From Candidatus Aminicenantes bacterium (GTDB lineage Bacteria > Acidobacteriota > Aminicenantia > Aminicenantales > JAFGBC01), in NCBI GenBank assembly GCA_016933355.1, contig JAFGBC010000211.1, forward strand, positions 1 through 27,907: a stretch of DNA of 27,907 nt, in the 5' to 3' direction. Of this stretch, positions 17,571 to 26,699 are shown in pieces (positions within the stretch are counted from its first letter, which is position 1; every line of letters starts with the position of its first letter). Made by a program: the position numbers and the translations under genes. Below the pieces are notes generated by a model. It did no database searches, had not been told where the DNA came from, and worked only from the letters and a program-made list of their open reading frames with translations.

Positions 17571-17608
17571 GGGAGGCCGGGGAACGCGCGGGGCGGCCCG
17601 GTCCTCCC
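17571..17608 (+). other. GC-rich hairpin between tuf and rpsJ
   Basis: GGGAGG-CCGGG...CCCGG-T-CCTCCC stem with no U tract. It may be a processing or stability element. Confidence 0.45.
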
Positions 17609-17647
17609 CGAAGTCAAGGACGCATTCGGATAACCGAGGAACGAACG

Positions 17648-17968
17648 ATGGAAAAGATCAGAATCAGGCTCCAATCCTTTGACCACCGGCTGCTGGACCA
17701 ATCCGTAAAGGATATCGTGATCAAGGCCAAGCGGACGGGCGCCCATATCGCGGGCCCCATCCCGCTCCCGACCCGGATCCATCGCTTCTGCGTCCTGCGC
17801 TCCCCCCACGTCGACAAGAAGTCCCGCGAACACTTCGAGATGAGGATCCATAAGCGCCTCATCGATATCAGCGAATACAACAACGAGACGATCGAAGAGC
17901 TCCAAAAACTGGACCTCCCGGCCGGCATCGACGTCGAGATCAAGGCCTTCGGGGCCGGAGGAGAATGA
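17648..17968 (+). CDS. rpsJ: 30S ribosomal protein S10
   Basis: [37 protein letters not shown]. Confidence 0.98.
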   Translation: MEKIRIRLQSFDHRLLDQSVKDIVIKAKRTGAHIAGPIPLPTRIHRFCVLRSPHVDKKSREHFEMRIHKRLIDISEYNNETIEELQKLDLPAGIDVEIKAFGAGGE

Positions 17969-17970
17969 TC

Positions 17971-18606
17971 ATGGTGGAAGGGTTGATCGGCAAGAAGATC
18001 GGGATGACCCAGACCTTCGACGCCGAGGGCAACGTCGTGCCGGTGACCGTCATCCAGGCCGGGCCCTGCACGGTCGTCCAGCGTAAGACCAAGGCCAAGG
18101 ACGGCTACGAGGCCGTCCAGCTCGGGTTCGTCGAGGACAAGGGCCTCAAGAAACCGGTCCGGCCCCGGATCGGCCACTTCAAGAAGTCGGGCATCCCGCC
18201 CGTCCGCGTCCTCCGCGAGTTCCGCTTCGCCGCCCAGGCCGAGATCAAGGAAGGCGACCAGGTCCTGGTCTCCATCTTCAAGGAAGGGGACAAGGTCCGG
18301 GTCACCGGCACGAGCAAGGGCAAGGGTTTCGCGGGCGTCGTCAAGCGGCACCATTTCCGGGGCGGCGGCGCCGCCCACGGCTCGATGTTCCACCGCGCCC
18401 CCGGATCGATCGGCGCCTCCTCCTATCCCTCCCGCGTCATCAAGGGGATGCGAATGGGCGGCCACATGGGCCGGGAACGGGTCACGACCCGCGGCCTCGA
18501 GGTCGTCCGGACCGATCCCGAACAGAACCTCCTCGTCGTCAAGGGGGCCGTCCCGGGCGCCCGCGGAGGCTACCTTCTGATCCTCAAGGACAACTTCCAT
18601 GTCTAA
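17971..18606 (+). CDS. rplC: 50S ribosomal protein L3
   Basis: [49 protein letters not shown] spacing favours ATG 17971 over 17965. Confidence 0.98.
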   Translation: MVEGLIGKKIGMTQTFDAEGNVVPVTVIQAGPCTVVQRKTKAKDGYEAVQLGFVEDKGLKKPVRPRIGHFKKSGIPPVRVLREFRFAAQAEIKEGDQVLVSIFKEGDKVRVTGTSKGKGFAGVVKRHHFRGGGAAHGSMFHRAPGSIGASSYPSRVIKGMRMGGHMGRERVTTRGLEVVRTDPEQNLLVVKGAVPGARGGYLLILKDNFHV

Positions 18607-19219
18607 GATATCCGTACGCGATGCGAGCGGCCGCGCCGTCCGCGAGGTCGAGCTGCCCGACCGGGTCTTCGCCTATCCGGTCAAACCCCAGCTCCTCCAC
18701 GAGACGGCCGTCAACCGCCTCGCCAACCGGCGCCGGGGCACGGCCGCGACTAAGACGCGGGGCGAGGTTGCCGGAAGCAACCGGAAGCCCTGGCGCCAGA
18801 AGGGGACCGGCCGGGCCCGCGTCGGCATGATCCGCAACCCCCTGTGGCGGAAGGGCGGCACGGTCCACGGACCGCAGCCCCGCGACTACGCCTACGAGCT
18901 CCCCAAGAAGGTCCGGACGAACGCCCTGCGCTCGGCTCTGGCCCTCAAGCACAAGGAGGGGATGTTCCTGGTCGTGGACGAGATCGCCTTCGCCGCGCCC
19001 AAGACCAAGGAAGGCGCGGCCTGGCTCAAGGGCCTCAAGGTCGACTCGGCTTTGGTCGTCGACGCCGGCGCCAACGTCAACCTGTTCCAGGCCCTCCGCA
19101 ACATCCCCCGCGTCCAGGCCATCGACGAGCGGCAGGTCGGCGCCTTCGACGTCCTCCGCTACAAGTGGCTGATCCTGACGGGGCGGGCGTTCGAGGCCCT
19201 GATGGAGAGGCTCAAATGA
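18599..19219 (+). CDS. rplD: 50S ribosomal protein L4
   Basis: [32 protein letters not shown]. Confidence 0.97.
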   Translation: MSKISVRDASGRAVREVELPDRVFAYPVKPQLLHETAVNRLANRRRGTAATKTRGEVAGSNRKPWRQKGTGRARVGMIRNPLWRKGGTVHGPQPRDYAYELPKKVRTNALRSALALKHKEGMFLVVDEIAFAAPKTKEGAAWLKGLKVDSALVVDAGANVNLFQALRNIPRVQAIDERQVGAFDVLRYKWLILTGRAFEALMERLK

Positions 19220-19512
19220 CGATCGACGCGACCCGGATCATTCTCAAGCCGGTCATCACCGAAAAGACGACGGCCCTCAAGGAGGACCAGCGGACCGTCT
19301 GCTTCGCCGTCCGCCGCGACGCCAACAAGTCCGAGATCAAGCGGGCGGTCGAAGTCCTGTTCAAGGTCAAAGTCGCGAGCGTCCGGACCCAGAACAAGGT
19401 CGGCAAGACGCGTCGGGTCGGCCGGAACCAGGGCCCGACCGGAGACTGGAAGAAGGCCTACGTCACCCTCCGCGAAGGCGAGAAGATGATCGAGTACTTC
19501 GAGGCGGTCTAA
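19216..19512 (+). CDS. rplW: 50S ribosomal protein L23
   Basis: [17 protein letters not shown]...[18 protein letters not shown]...WKKAYVTL. The true start is ATG 19216, inside the track ORF 18844..19512. Confidence 0.97.
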   Translation: MTIDATRIILKPVITEKTTALKEDQRTVCFAVRRDANKSEIKRAVEVLFKVKVASVRTQNKVGKTRRVGRNQGPTGDWKKAYVTLREGEKMIEYFEAV

Positions 19513-19514
19513 CC

Positions 19515-20342
19515 ATGGGCATTAAAACCTATCGACCCACCAGCGCCGGGATACGGCACCGGACGGGGCTGCGCACCGACGAGCTGACCGGTCACCGGCC
19601 TCACAAGCCTCTGCTGGAATTCCTGCCCAAGTCGGGCGGCCGCGACGGGCGCGGGCGCCTCTCGATCCGCCACCGCGGCGGCGGGCACAAGCGGATGTAC
19701 CGGATCGTCGATTTCCGGCGGGACAAGATCGGGATCGCCGGCCGCGTCGAAACGCTCGAGTACGACCCGAACCGCTCCTCGTTCATCGCCCTCGTCAAGT
19801 ACAGCGACGGCGAGCGGCGCTACATCCTGGCCCCGGTCGATCTCAAGGTCGGCCAGACGGTCGTCTCCGCCGACGAGCAGGTCGACATCCTGCCCGGCAA
19901 CGCCATGCCCCTCCGCTTCATCCCGCTCGGCACCGTCATCCACAACATCGAGATCCGCAAGAACAAGGGCGGCCAAGTCGCCAAGTCGGCCGGCAGCGGC
20001 GCCCAGATCCTGGCCAAGGAGGGCGATTACGCCCAGGTCCGGCTGCCGTCGTCCGAGATCCGCAAGATCCATCTCGACTGCCGGGCGACGATCGGCCAGG
20101 TCGGGAACCTCGACCACCAAAACATCGACATCGGCAAGGCCGGGCGGACGCGCTGGCGCGGCCGGCGGCCCCACGTCCGCGGCACGGCCATGAACCCGAT
20201 CGACCATCCGCACGGGGGCGGCGAGGGCCGGGCCAAGGGCGGCCGCCACCCGGTCAGCCCCGAGGGCATCCCGACCAAGGGTTACAAGACGCGCAAGAAC
20301 AAGCGGACCCGGGTCTTCATCATCCGCAGAAGGAGCAAGTAA
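19515..20342 (+). CDS. rplB: 50S ribosomal protein L2
   Basis: [45 protein letters not shown]. Confidence 0.99.
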   Translation: MGIKTYRPTSAGIRHRTGLRTDELTGHRPHKPLLEFLPKSGGRDGRGRLSIRHRGGGHKRMYRIVDFRRDKIGIAGRVETLEYDPNRSSFIALVKYSDGERRYILAPVDLKVGQTVVSADEQVDILPGNAMPLRFIPLGTVIHNIEIRKNKGGQVAKSAGSGAQILAKEGDYAQVRLPSSEIRKIHLDCRATIGQVGNLDHQNIDIGKAGRTRWRGRRPHVRGTAMNPIDHPHGGGEGRAKGGRHPVSPEGIPTKGYKTRKNKRTRVFIIRRRSK

Positions 20343-20344
20343 TC

Positions 20345-20635
20345 ATGGGCAGGTCCCTCGCAAAAGGTCCTTTCATCGATAACGACCTTCTGGCCAAGGT
20401 CAAGGGGCTCGAAACCCAGAGCGAAAAGCGAAAGGTCATCAAGACCTGGTCGCGGCGCTCGACGATCATCCCCGAGATGGTCGGGTTGACGATCGCGGTC
20501 CACAACGGCCGGAAGTTCATCCCCGTCTTCGTCACCGAGAACATGGTCGGCCACAAGCTCGGCGAGTTCTCTCCGACCCGGACCTTCAAGGGACACACCT
20601 CGAAGTCGGCCAAGGCCGTGAAGGTGAGGGCGTAA
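20345..20635 (+). CDS. rpsS: 30S ribosomal protein S19
   Basis: [33 protein letters not shown]. Confidence 0.98.
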   Translation: MGRSLAKGPFIDNDLLAKVKGLETQSEKRKVIKTWSRRSTIIPEMVGLTIAVHNGRKFIPVFVTENMVGHKLGEFSPTRTFKGHTSKSAKAVKVRA

Positions 20636-20636
20636 C

Positions 20637-21047
20637 ATGGACAAGCGCAGCCCGGCCGCCCCCGGCGCCCATCCCGAAGGCGCGGCGTCCGAAGCGGCTT
20701 TCGTCTCGAGCGCGGTCGCCCGCTACATCCGGATCTCGCCCCAGAAGGCCCGCCTGGTCGCCGACCTCGTCCGGGACCGCTACGTTGGGGAGGCCCTGAC
20801 CATCCTCCGTCACGGCGAGAAGAGGAAGGCGAGCGCCGTCATCGAGAAGACGCTCCGCTCGGCGATCGCCAACGCCCAGAACAAGGTGCCCGCGGTCGAC
20901 GTCGACAACCTCTACGTCGCCCGGATCTATGTCGACCAGGGGCCCCAGTTCAAGCGGATCCGGCCGGCCCCGATGGGGCGGGCCTTCCGCATCTTGAAGC
21001 GGACGAGCCACGTCCACGTTTATCTGCAGGATCGCAAAGGGAGATGA
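20637..21047 (+). CDS. rplV: 50S ribosomal protein L22 (N-terminal extension)
   Basis: RISPQKARLVADLVR, SAIANA, RPAPMGRA, KRTSH. Confidence 0.97.
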   Translation: MDKRSPAAPGAHPEGAASEAAFVSSAVARYIRISPQKARLVADLVRDRYVGEALTILRHGEKRKASAVIEKTLRSAIANAQNKVPAVDVDNLYVARIYVDQGPQFKRIRPAPMGRAFRILKRTSHVHVYLQDRKGR

Positions 21048-21050
21048 GCC

Positions 21051-21719
21051 GTGGGACAGAAGACGCATCCATACGGGTTTAGGCTGGGGTTCAACAAGCC
21101 GTGGAGCTCCCGCTGGTTCGCCAAGGGCGGGGCCTATGCTCGGCTCATCCACGAGGATCTCCGGATGAAGAAGGAGATCGTCAACAAGTACGCCCACGCC
21201 GGGATCGCTTCGATCGATATCGAGCGGGTCGGGCCCAAGGTCCGGGTCATCATCCACACCGCCCGGCCCGGCATCATCATCGGCCGAGGCGGCAAGGAGA
21301 TCGAAAGCCTCAAGGGGCTGCTCGAGAAGGTCGTCAAGCGAGACGTCTACGTCGACATCCGCGAGGTCGACAAGCCCGAGCTGACGGCCCTGTTAACCGG
21401 CGAGGGGATCGCCGTCCAGCTCGAGAAGCGGATCGCCTACAGGCGCGCGATGCGCAAGGCCGTCGAGAACGCCCTGCGCATGGGCGCCAAGGGGATCAAG
21501 GTCATGTGCTCGGGGCGCCTGGGCGGCGTCGAGATCGCCCGGACCGAGTGGTACCTCAAAGGGCAGCTGCCCCTCCAGACGCTCCGGGCCGACATCGACT
21601 ACGCCTTCACCGAGGCGTTCACGACCTACGGCCAGATCGGGATCAAGGTCTGGATCTACCGGGGCGACGTCGACAAGCCCAAGATGACGATCCAGACGCC
21701 CGAAGTCGAGGAGATCTAA
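21051..21719 (+). CDS. rpsC: 30S ribosomal protein S3
   Basis: GTG start; [48 protein letters not shown]. Confidence 0.98.
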   Translation: MGQKTHPYGFRLGFNKPWSSRWFAKGGAYARLIHEDLRMKKEIVNKYAHAGIASIDIERVGPKVRVIIHTARPGIIIGRGGKEIESLKGLLEKVVKRDVYVDIREVDKPELTALLTGEGIAVQLEKRIAYRRAMRKAVENALRMGAKGIKVMCSGRLGGVEIARTEWYLKGQLPLQTLRADIDYAFTEAFTTYGQIGIKVWIYRGDVDKPKMTIQTPEVEEI

Positions 21720-21720
21720 C

Positions 21721-22143
21721 ATGTTGATGCCCAGCAAGGTCAAGTACCGGAAGTCCCAGCGGGGACGGATGCGGGGCAAAGCCCTGCGGGGCGGGACCCT
21801 GTCTTACGGGGAGTTCGGCCTCCAGGCCCTGGAGCCTTGCTGGCTGACCGCCCGCCAGCTCGAGGCGGGACGGATCACGATCACGCGGTTCATCAAGCGG
21901 CACGGCAAGCTCTGGCTGCGGAGCTTCCCCTGGAAGCCCGTCACCAAGAAGCCGACCGAGGTCCGGATGGGGAAGGGCAAGGGCGACCCGGAGTTCTGGG
22001 TCGACGTCATCCATCCCGGCCGGATCCTCTACGAGCTCGAGGGCGTCAGCGTCGAGACCGCCCGCGAGGCGCTGCGCCTGGCCGCCCATAAGCTGCCGAT
22101 CCGGACACGCTTCGTGTCCCGGGACAACGTGGAGTACCGATGA
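21721..22143 (+). CDS. rplP: 50S ribosomal protein L16
   Basis: [32 protein letters not shown]. Confidence 0.98.
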   Translation: MLMPSKVKYRKSQRGRMRGKALRGGTLSYGEFGLQALEPCWLTARQLEAGRITITRFIKRHGKLWLRSFPWKPVTKKPTEVRMGKGKGDPEFWVDVIHPGRILYELEGVSVETAREALRLAAHKLPIRTRFVSRDNVEYR

Positions 22144-22340
22144 AGATCCAGGAACTCAAGGAGCTCTCGGCCGACGAGCTCAAGGCCAAGGAGGCCGAGC
22201 TGCGCGACCAGCTGTTCAAGCTGCGCTTCCAGCACGCCCTGGGCCAGCTCGACAACGCGGCCAACCTGCGGACGATCAGGAAGGACATCGCCCGGATCCA
22301 GACCCTGCTGTCCGGGCTGTCCCGGACCCGAACGGAGTAG
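22140..22340 (+). CDS. rpmC: 50S ribosomal protein L29
   Basis: ELFKLRFQ-like motif, [10 protein letters not shown]; lies between rplP and rpsQ. Confidence 0.96.
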   Translation: MKIQELKELSADELKAKEAELRDQLFKLRFQHALGQLDNAANLRTIRKDIARIQTLLSGLSRTRTE

Positions 22341-22343
22341 AGC

Positions 22344-22652
22344 ATGGACACGATACCCGGACAAGCTCCGAAGCGCAAAACGTCCAAGGTCGGCGTCGTC
22401 GTCGGTAAGACGATGAAAAAGACGGTGACCGTCCAGGTCGAGCGCCAGATCCGTCATCCCTTGTACAAGAAGACGATCCGGCGGCGCAAGACCTTCATGG
22501 TCCACGACGAGTACGAGAAGTGCAAGGTCGGTGATGTCGTCCGGATCATCGAGACCCGGCCCATCAGCAAGACCAAGCGCTGGCGGGTCCAAGAGATCCT
22601 GGGCCTGGCCGCCGCCGAGCCGGAAACCCCGACGAAGGACGTCCGCCCATGA
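22344..22652 (+). CDS. rpsQ: 30S ribosomal protein S17
   Basis: [36 protein letters not shown]. Confidence 0.97.
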   Translation: MDTIPGQAPKRKTSKVGVVVGKTMKKTVTVQVERQIRHPLYKKTIRRRKTFMVHDEYEKCKVGDVVRIIETRPISKTKRWRVQEILGLAAAEPETPTKDVRP

Positions 22653-23017
22653 TCCAGCAGCAGACCATGCTCAAGGTCGCCGACAACTCCGGCGCGCGGC
22701 GCATCATGTGCATCACGCCGCTCGGCGGCAGCGTCGGCCGGACGGCGACGATCGGGGACGTCATCTCGGCGACCGTCAAAGAGGCCGACCCCGAGACCAA
22801 AGTCGCCAAGGGGAAGGTCGTCCGGGCCGTCGTCGTCCGCGTCCGCAAGGAGATCCGCCGCAGGGACGGCTCCTACATCCGGTTCGACGACAACGCCGCC
22901 GTCATCATCGACAAGGCCGGCGAGCCGATCGGTACCCGCGTCTTCGGGCCGGTCGGCCGCGAGCTCCGGGACAAGAAGTTCATGAAGATCGTCTCGCTCG
23001 CTCCGGAGGTCCTCTAA
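22649..23017 (+). CDS. rplN: 50S ribosomal protein L14
   Basis: [47 protein letters not shown]. Confidence 0.98.
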   Translation: MIQQQTMLKVADNSGARRIMCITPLGGSVGRTATIGDVISATVKEADPETKVAKGKVVRAVVVRVRKEIRRRDGSYIRFDDNAAVIIDKAGEPIGTRVFGPVGRELRDKKFMKIVSLAPEVL

Positions 23018-23349
23018 TGGCCAAGCCGATCATCAAGAAGAACGATATCGTCGTCGTCCGCCGCGGGCGGGACCGCGGCAAGCAGGGCAAGGTCCTCAAG
23101 GTCATCCCCGAAACCGGGCGGGCCATCGTCGAGAAGATCAACTTCGTCAAGGAATTCATCCGGCCCGACCGCAGCAAGAACGTCTCGGGCGGGATCATGG
23201 AGAAAGAGGCCCCGATCGCCCTGTCCAACCTGATGATCCTCTGCGAGGATTGCGGCCGGGGCGTCCGGGTCCGCGTCAAGAAGCTCGCCGACGGGACGAA
23301 GGCCCGGCTGTGCGCCCGGTGCCAGGGCAGCCTGGACCGGGTCAAGTGA
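23017..23349 (+). CDS. rplX: 50S ribosomal protein L24
   Basis: [26 protein letters not shown]...[10 protein letters not shown]. The start is ATG 23017 (TAATG overlap), inside the track ORF 22531..23349. Two CxxC motifs are present. Confidence 0.96.
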   Translation: MAKPIIKKNDIVVVRRGRDRGKQGKVLKVIPETGRAIVEKINFVKEFIRPDRSKNVSGGIMEKEAPIALSNLMILCEDCGRGVRVRVKKLADGTKARLCARCQGSLDRVK

Positions 23350-23359
23350 GGAGTTCGCG

Positions 23360-23902
23360 ATGAGCCGACTCAAGGAGAAGTACCTCAAGGACATCCGGCC
23401 CGAGCTCCAGACGGAGCTCGGGTTGAAGAACCGGATGGCCGTGCCCCGCCTGGAAAAGATCATCGTCAACGTCGGCGCCGGCGACGCCATCCAGAACATC
23501 AAGCTCCTCGATACGGCCAAGGCCGAGCTGAGCCTGATCACCGGCCAGCTCCCGGCCGTCGGCCGGGCCAAGAAGTCGATCTCGGCCTTCAAACTGCGCA
23601 AGGGCCAGCCGATCGCCTGCTACGTGACCCTGCGCCGTGAGCGAATGTACGAGTTCTTCGACCGGCTCGTCAACATCGTGCTGCCCCGCGTCCGGGATTT
23701 CCGCGGCGTCAACCCCAAGGGGTTCGACGGCCGGGGCAACTACACCCTGGGCATGAGGGACCAACTCGTGTTCCCCGAGATCGACTACACCAAGGTCGAG
23801 AAGCCGAGGGGCATGAACATCACCATCGTGACCTCGGCCCGCAGCGACAAGGAGGCCTTCGCCCTCCTGCGGCGGCTGGGCATGCCGTTCCGCGAGGCCT
23901 AA
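23360..23902 (+). CDS. rplE: 50S ribosomal protein L5
   Basis: [47 protein letters not shown]. Confidence 0.98.
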   Translation: MSRLKEKYLKDIRPELQTELGLKNRMAVPRLEKIIVNVGAGDAIQNIKLLDTAKAELSLITGQLPAVGRAKKSISAFKLRKGQPIACYVTLRRERMYEFFDRLVNIVLPRVRDFRGVNPKGFDGRGNYTLGMRDQLVFPEIDYTKVEKPRGMNITIVTSARSDKEAFALLRRLGMPFREA

Positions 23903-23929
23903 TCCGGTCGAGGAAAAGGAAGGACGAAC

Positions 23930-24115
23930 GTGGCGACCACAGCATCCATCGTCAAGGACAATCGGGAACAGAAATACGCCATCCGCCGGAGGCGGCGCTG
24001 CCGGATTTGCGGGCGCTCGCGCGGCTATTACCGCAAGTTCGACCTGTGCCGGCTCTGCTTCCGCGAGCTCGCCCTCAAGGGGGAGATTCCGGGCATCATC
24101 AAGGCCTCCTGGTGA
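23930..24115 (+). CDS. rpsZ: 30S ribosomal protein S14 type Z (Zn-binding)
   Basis: GTG start; [10 protein letters not shown] and LCRLCFRE (two CxxC), IPGIIKASW; 61 aa. Confidence 0.96.
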   Translation: MATTASIVKDNREQKYAIRRRRRCRICGRSRGYYRKFDLCRLCFRELALKGEIPGIIKASW

Positions 24116-24136
24116 GCGGGACGAAAGGATAGGACC

Positions 24137-24535
24137 ATGAGCCAGACCGACCCCATCGCCGACATGCTGACCCGGATCCGGAACGCCGCTAAGGCCAAGA
24201 AGCGGGAGGTCAACATCCCCAACTCCCGGATGAAGGTCGAGATCGCCCGGATCCTCAAGGACGAGGGCTACATCCGGAGCTACAAGGTCGCCGACGACCC
24301 CAAGCAGGGCGTCCTCAATATCATCCTCAAGTACGGGGACGACAGCCGGAGCGTCATCGGCGGGCTCGAGCGGATCAGCCGCCCCGGCTGCCGGATCTAC
24401 TGCACCAAGGATTCCGTCCCCAAGGTCCTGGACGGGCTGGGCGTCGTCATCGTCTCGACCTCCAAGGGCGTCTGTACGGGGCGGAAGTGCGAGGAGATCG
24501 GGACGGGCGGAGAGGTCCTCTGCGCGGTCTGGTGA
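24137..24535 (+). CDS. rpsH: 30S ribosomal protein S8
   Basis: DPIADMLTRIRNA, ILKDEGYI, ISRPG, STSKGV, GGEVLC. Confidence 0.98.
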   Translation: MSQTDPIADMLTRIRNAAKAKKREVNIPNSRMKVEIARILKDEGYIRSYKVADDPKQGVLNIILKYGDDSRSVIGGLERISRPGCRIYCTKDSVPKVLDGLGVVIVSTSKGVCTGRKCEEIGTGGEVLCAVW

Positions 24536-24559
24536 GGCCCCGAGGGAAGAGGAACGAAC

Positions 24560-25105
24560 ATGTCACGAGTCGGAAACCTAGTCATTCAATTGCCGCCGGA
24601 CGTCACGGTCACGATCGGTCCGGGCGCCGTCGAGTTTCAGGGGCCGAAGGGCCGCCTGGCGACGCCGCTCCGGCCGGGCGTCACGGCCGTCCTCGAGAAC
24701 CGGACGCTCAAGTTCGTCCGCCGCGACGACAGCAAGGAGCAGAAGGCCCTTCACGGCCTGTGCCGGACGCTGGCCGCCAACGCCGTCGTCGGCGTCACGT
24801 CCGGCTACCAGAAGCAGCTCGAGATCTTCGGCGTCGGCTACCGGGCCAAGATCGAGAAGGACAAGCTCGAGCTCAGCCTGGGCTACTCCCGGCCCGTCGT
24901 CTACCCGATCCCGGCCGGCATCGAGATCGTCTGCGAGAAGCCGACCCTCGTCCTGGTCAAGGGCATCGACAAGCAGAAGGTCGGCCAGGTCGCCCAGGAG
25001 ATCAAGAACTTCCGGCGGCCGGACGTCTACAAGCTCAAGGGCGTCCGCCATGCCGGCGAGAAGCTCATCAAGAAGGAACGGAAAGCGGGGGTGGCCGGTG
25101 CTTAA
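24560..25105 (+). CDS. rplF: 50S ribosomal protein L6
   Basis: GPKG, ALHGLCRTL, GVGYRA, GIDKQKVGQVA, RRPDVYKLKGVR. Confidence 0.97.
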   Translation: MSRVGNLVIQLPPDVTVTIGPGAVEFQGPKGRLATPLRPGVTAVLENRTLKFVRRDDSKEQKALHGLCRTLAANAVVGVTSGYQKQLEIFGVGYRAKIEKDKLELSLGYSRPVVYPIPAGIEIVCEKPTLVLVKGIDKQKVGQVAQEIKNFRRPDVYKLKGVRHAGEKLIKKERKAGVAGA

Positions 25106-25472
25106 GGACAAGTCGAAACTCAAGGCCGAGACGAAGGTCCGCATCCGCAAGCGGATCCGCAAGAAGGTCAGCGGCGATGCGGACCGGCCCCGCGTCCACG
25201 TCTTCAAGAGCAACGCCTACGTCTACGCGCAGGCCGTCGACGACGGCCGCCGGGCCGTCCTGGCCGCGGCCTCCTCGCTCGAGAAGACCTTCCAGGCCAA
25301 GGCCAAGAATACCAAGAATCGGGAGGCCTGCGGCGTCCTGGGCGAGCTCCTGGCCCAGCGCCTGCTGGCCAAGAACATCAAGACGGTCGTCTTCGACCGG
25401 GGGCGATATCCCTACCACGGCCGGGTCAAGGCCCTGGCCGAAGGCATGCGCAAGGGCGGCCTGGTCTTCTGA
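25098..25472 (+). CDS. rplR: 50S ribosomal protein L18
   Basis: RPRVHVFKSN, YAQAVDD, AASS, VVFDRG, YHGRVKALAEGMRKGGLVF. GTG 25098 is preferred to the track start at 25050. Confidence 0.96.
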   Translation: MLKDKSKLKAETKVRIRKRIRKKVSGDADRPRVHVFKSNAYVYAQAVDDGRRAVLAAASSLEKTFQAKAKNTKNREACGVLGELLAQRLLAKNIKTVVFDRGRYPYHGRVKALAEGMRKGGLVF

Positions 25473-25501
25473 CCGGCTCGTCCGCGAATCGAGGAGGCAG
25501 A

Positions 25502-26023
25502 GTGGCATACCCAAATCCGAGACGAGGCGCCGTCAATGAGCAGGATCTCGAGTTCAAGGACCAGGTCATCAATATCCGCCGCGTGACCAAGGTCGTCAAG
25601 GGCGGCAAGAACCTGAGCTTCTCGGCCCTGGTCGCCGTCGGCAACGAGAAGGGCCAGGTCGGGATCGGCAAGGGCAAGGCCCGCGAGGTGCCGATGGCCA
25701 TCTCCAAGGCCGTCCAGGACGCCAAGAAGAAGATGATCACCGTCCCGCTCCATGAGACGACCATCCCCCATCTCATCCGGGGAGCCCACGGGGCCGGCGT
25801 CGTCATCCTGCGGCCCGCTTCCAAGGGCACGGGCGTCATCGCCGGGGGCGCAGTCCGGGTCATCATGGAGCTGGCCGGGATTAAGGACATCCTGACCAAG
25901 TCCATCCGCTCCGGCAACCCGATCAGCGTCGCCAACGCGACCATGGACGCCCTGCGCCGGCTGACCGACGCCGACAAGGTATCGGGTAAGCGCGGGAAGA
26001 CGAAAGGGACGATATGGCAGTGA
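25502..26023 (+). CDS. rpsE: 30S ribosomal protein S5
   Basis: GTG start after GAGGAGG; RVTKVVKGG, GKAREVP, GTGVIAGGAVR, DILTKS. Confidence 0.98.
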   Translation: MAYPNPRRGAVNEQDLEFKDQVINIRRVTKVVKGGKNLSFSALVAVGNEKGQVGIGKGKAREVPMAISKAVQDAKKKMITVPLHETTIPHLIRGAHGAGVVILRPASKGTGVIAGGAVRVIMELAGIKDILTKSIRSGNPISVANATMDALRRLTDADKVSGKRGKTKGTIWQ

Positions 26024-26250
26024 CAGGAAAGACAACGGCGAAGGCGGGGGCGGCCGCTCCGGCCGGGACCCTCAGGATCCGACTCGTCCGGAGCCTGATC
26101 GGCTACCCCCGGGAGCAGCGGGAGGTCGTCCGGGGGCTGGGCCTGCGCAAGGTTCGCTCCGAGGTCGTCCGGCCCGACACGCCCCAAGTCCGGGGCATGA
26201 TCCGCAAGGTCGTCCATCTCGTGGACGTCGAGCGAGGAGAAGGGCGATGA
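26014..26250 (+). CDS. rpmD: 50S ribosomal protein L30
   Basis: [35 protein letters not shown]. The start could also be GTG 26020. Confidence 0.94.
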   Translation: MAVTGKTTAKAGAAAPAGTLRIRLVRSLIGYPREQREVVRGLGLRKVRSEVVRPDTPQVRGMIRKVVHLVDVERGEGR

Positions 26251-26699
26251 ACCTCAGCAACCTGCGTTCGCCGAAGGGCGCCAAGTCCAAGACGCGGCGG
26301 GTCGGGCGGGGGCCCGGCTCCGGCCGGGGCAAGACGGCCGGCCGCGGCCACAAGGGCCAGCTGTCCGGGGCCGGCTACTCGGCTATGAAGGGGTTCGAGG
26401 GCGGCCAAATGCCGCTCGTCCGGCGCCTGCCCAAGCGCGGCTTCACGAACATCTTCCGGACCGCCTACACCGTCGTCAACCTGGACCGCCTGGACAAGAT
26501 CGCCAAGGACGAGATCGCGCCCAAGGACCTCGTCGAGGCCCGCCTGATCAAGAAAGAGTCCGAGCGGGTCAAGATCCTGGCCCGCGGGCCGTGGACCAAG
26601 CCCATAACCGTCCGCGCCCACGCCTTCTCCGCCTCCGCCCGCAGAAAGATCGAGGCCGCCGGGGGGAAAGCGCTCCTCATTGAGGGCCGCCATGCTTGA
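26247..26699 (+). CDS. rplO: 50S ribosomal protein L15
   Basis: [45 protein letters not shown]. Confidence 0.98.
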   Translation: MNLSNLRSPKGAKSKTRRVGRGPGSGRGKTAGRGHKGQLSGAGYSAMKGFEGGQMPLVRRLPKRGFTNIFRTAYTVVNLDRLDKIAKDEIAPKDLVEARLIKKESERVKILARGPWTKPITVRAHAFSASARRKIEAAGGKALLIEGRHA

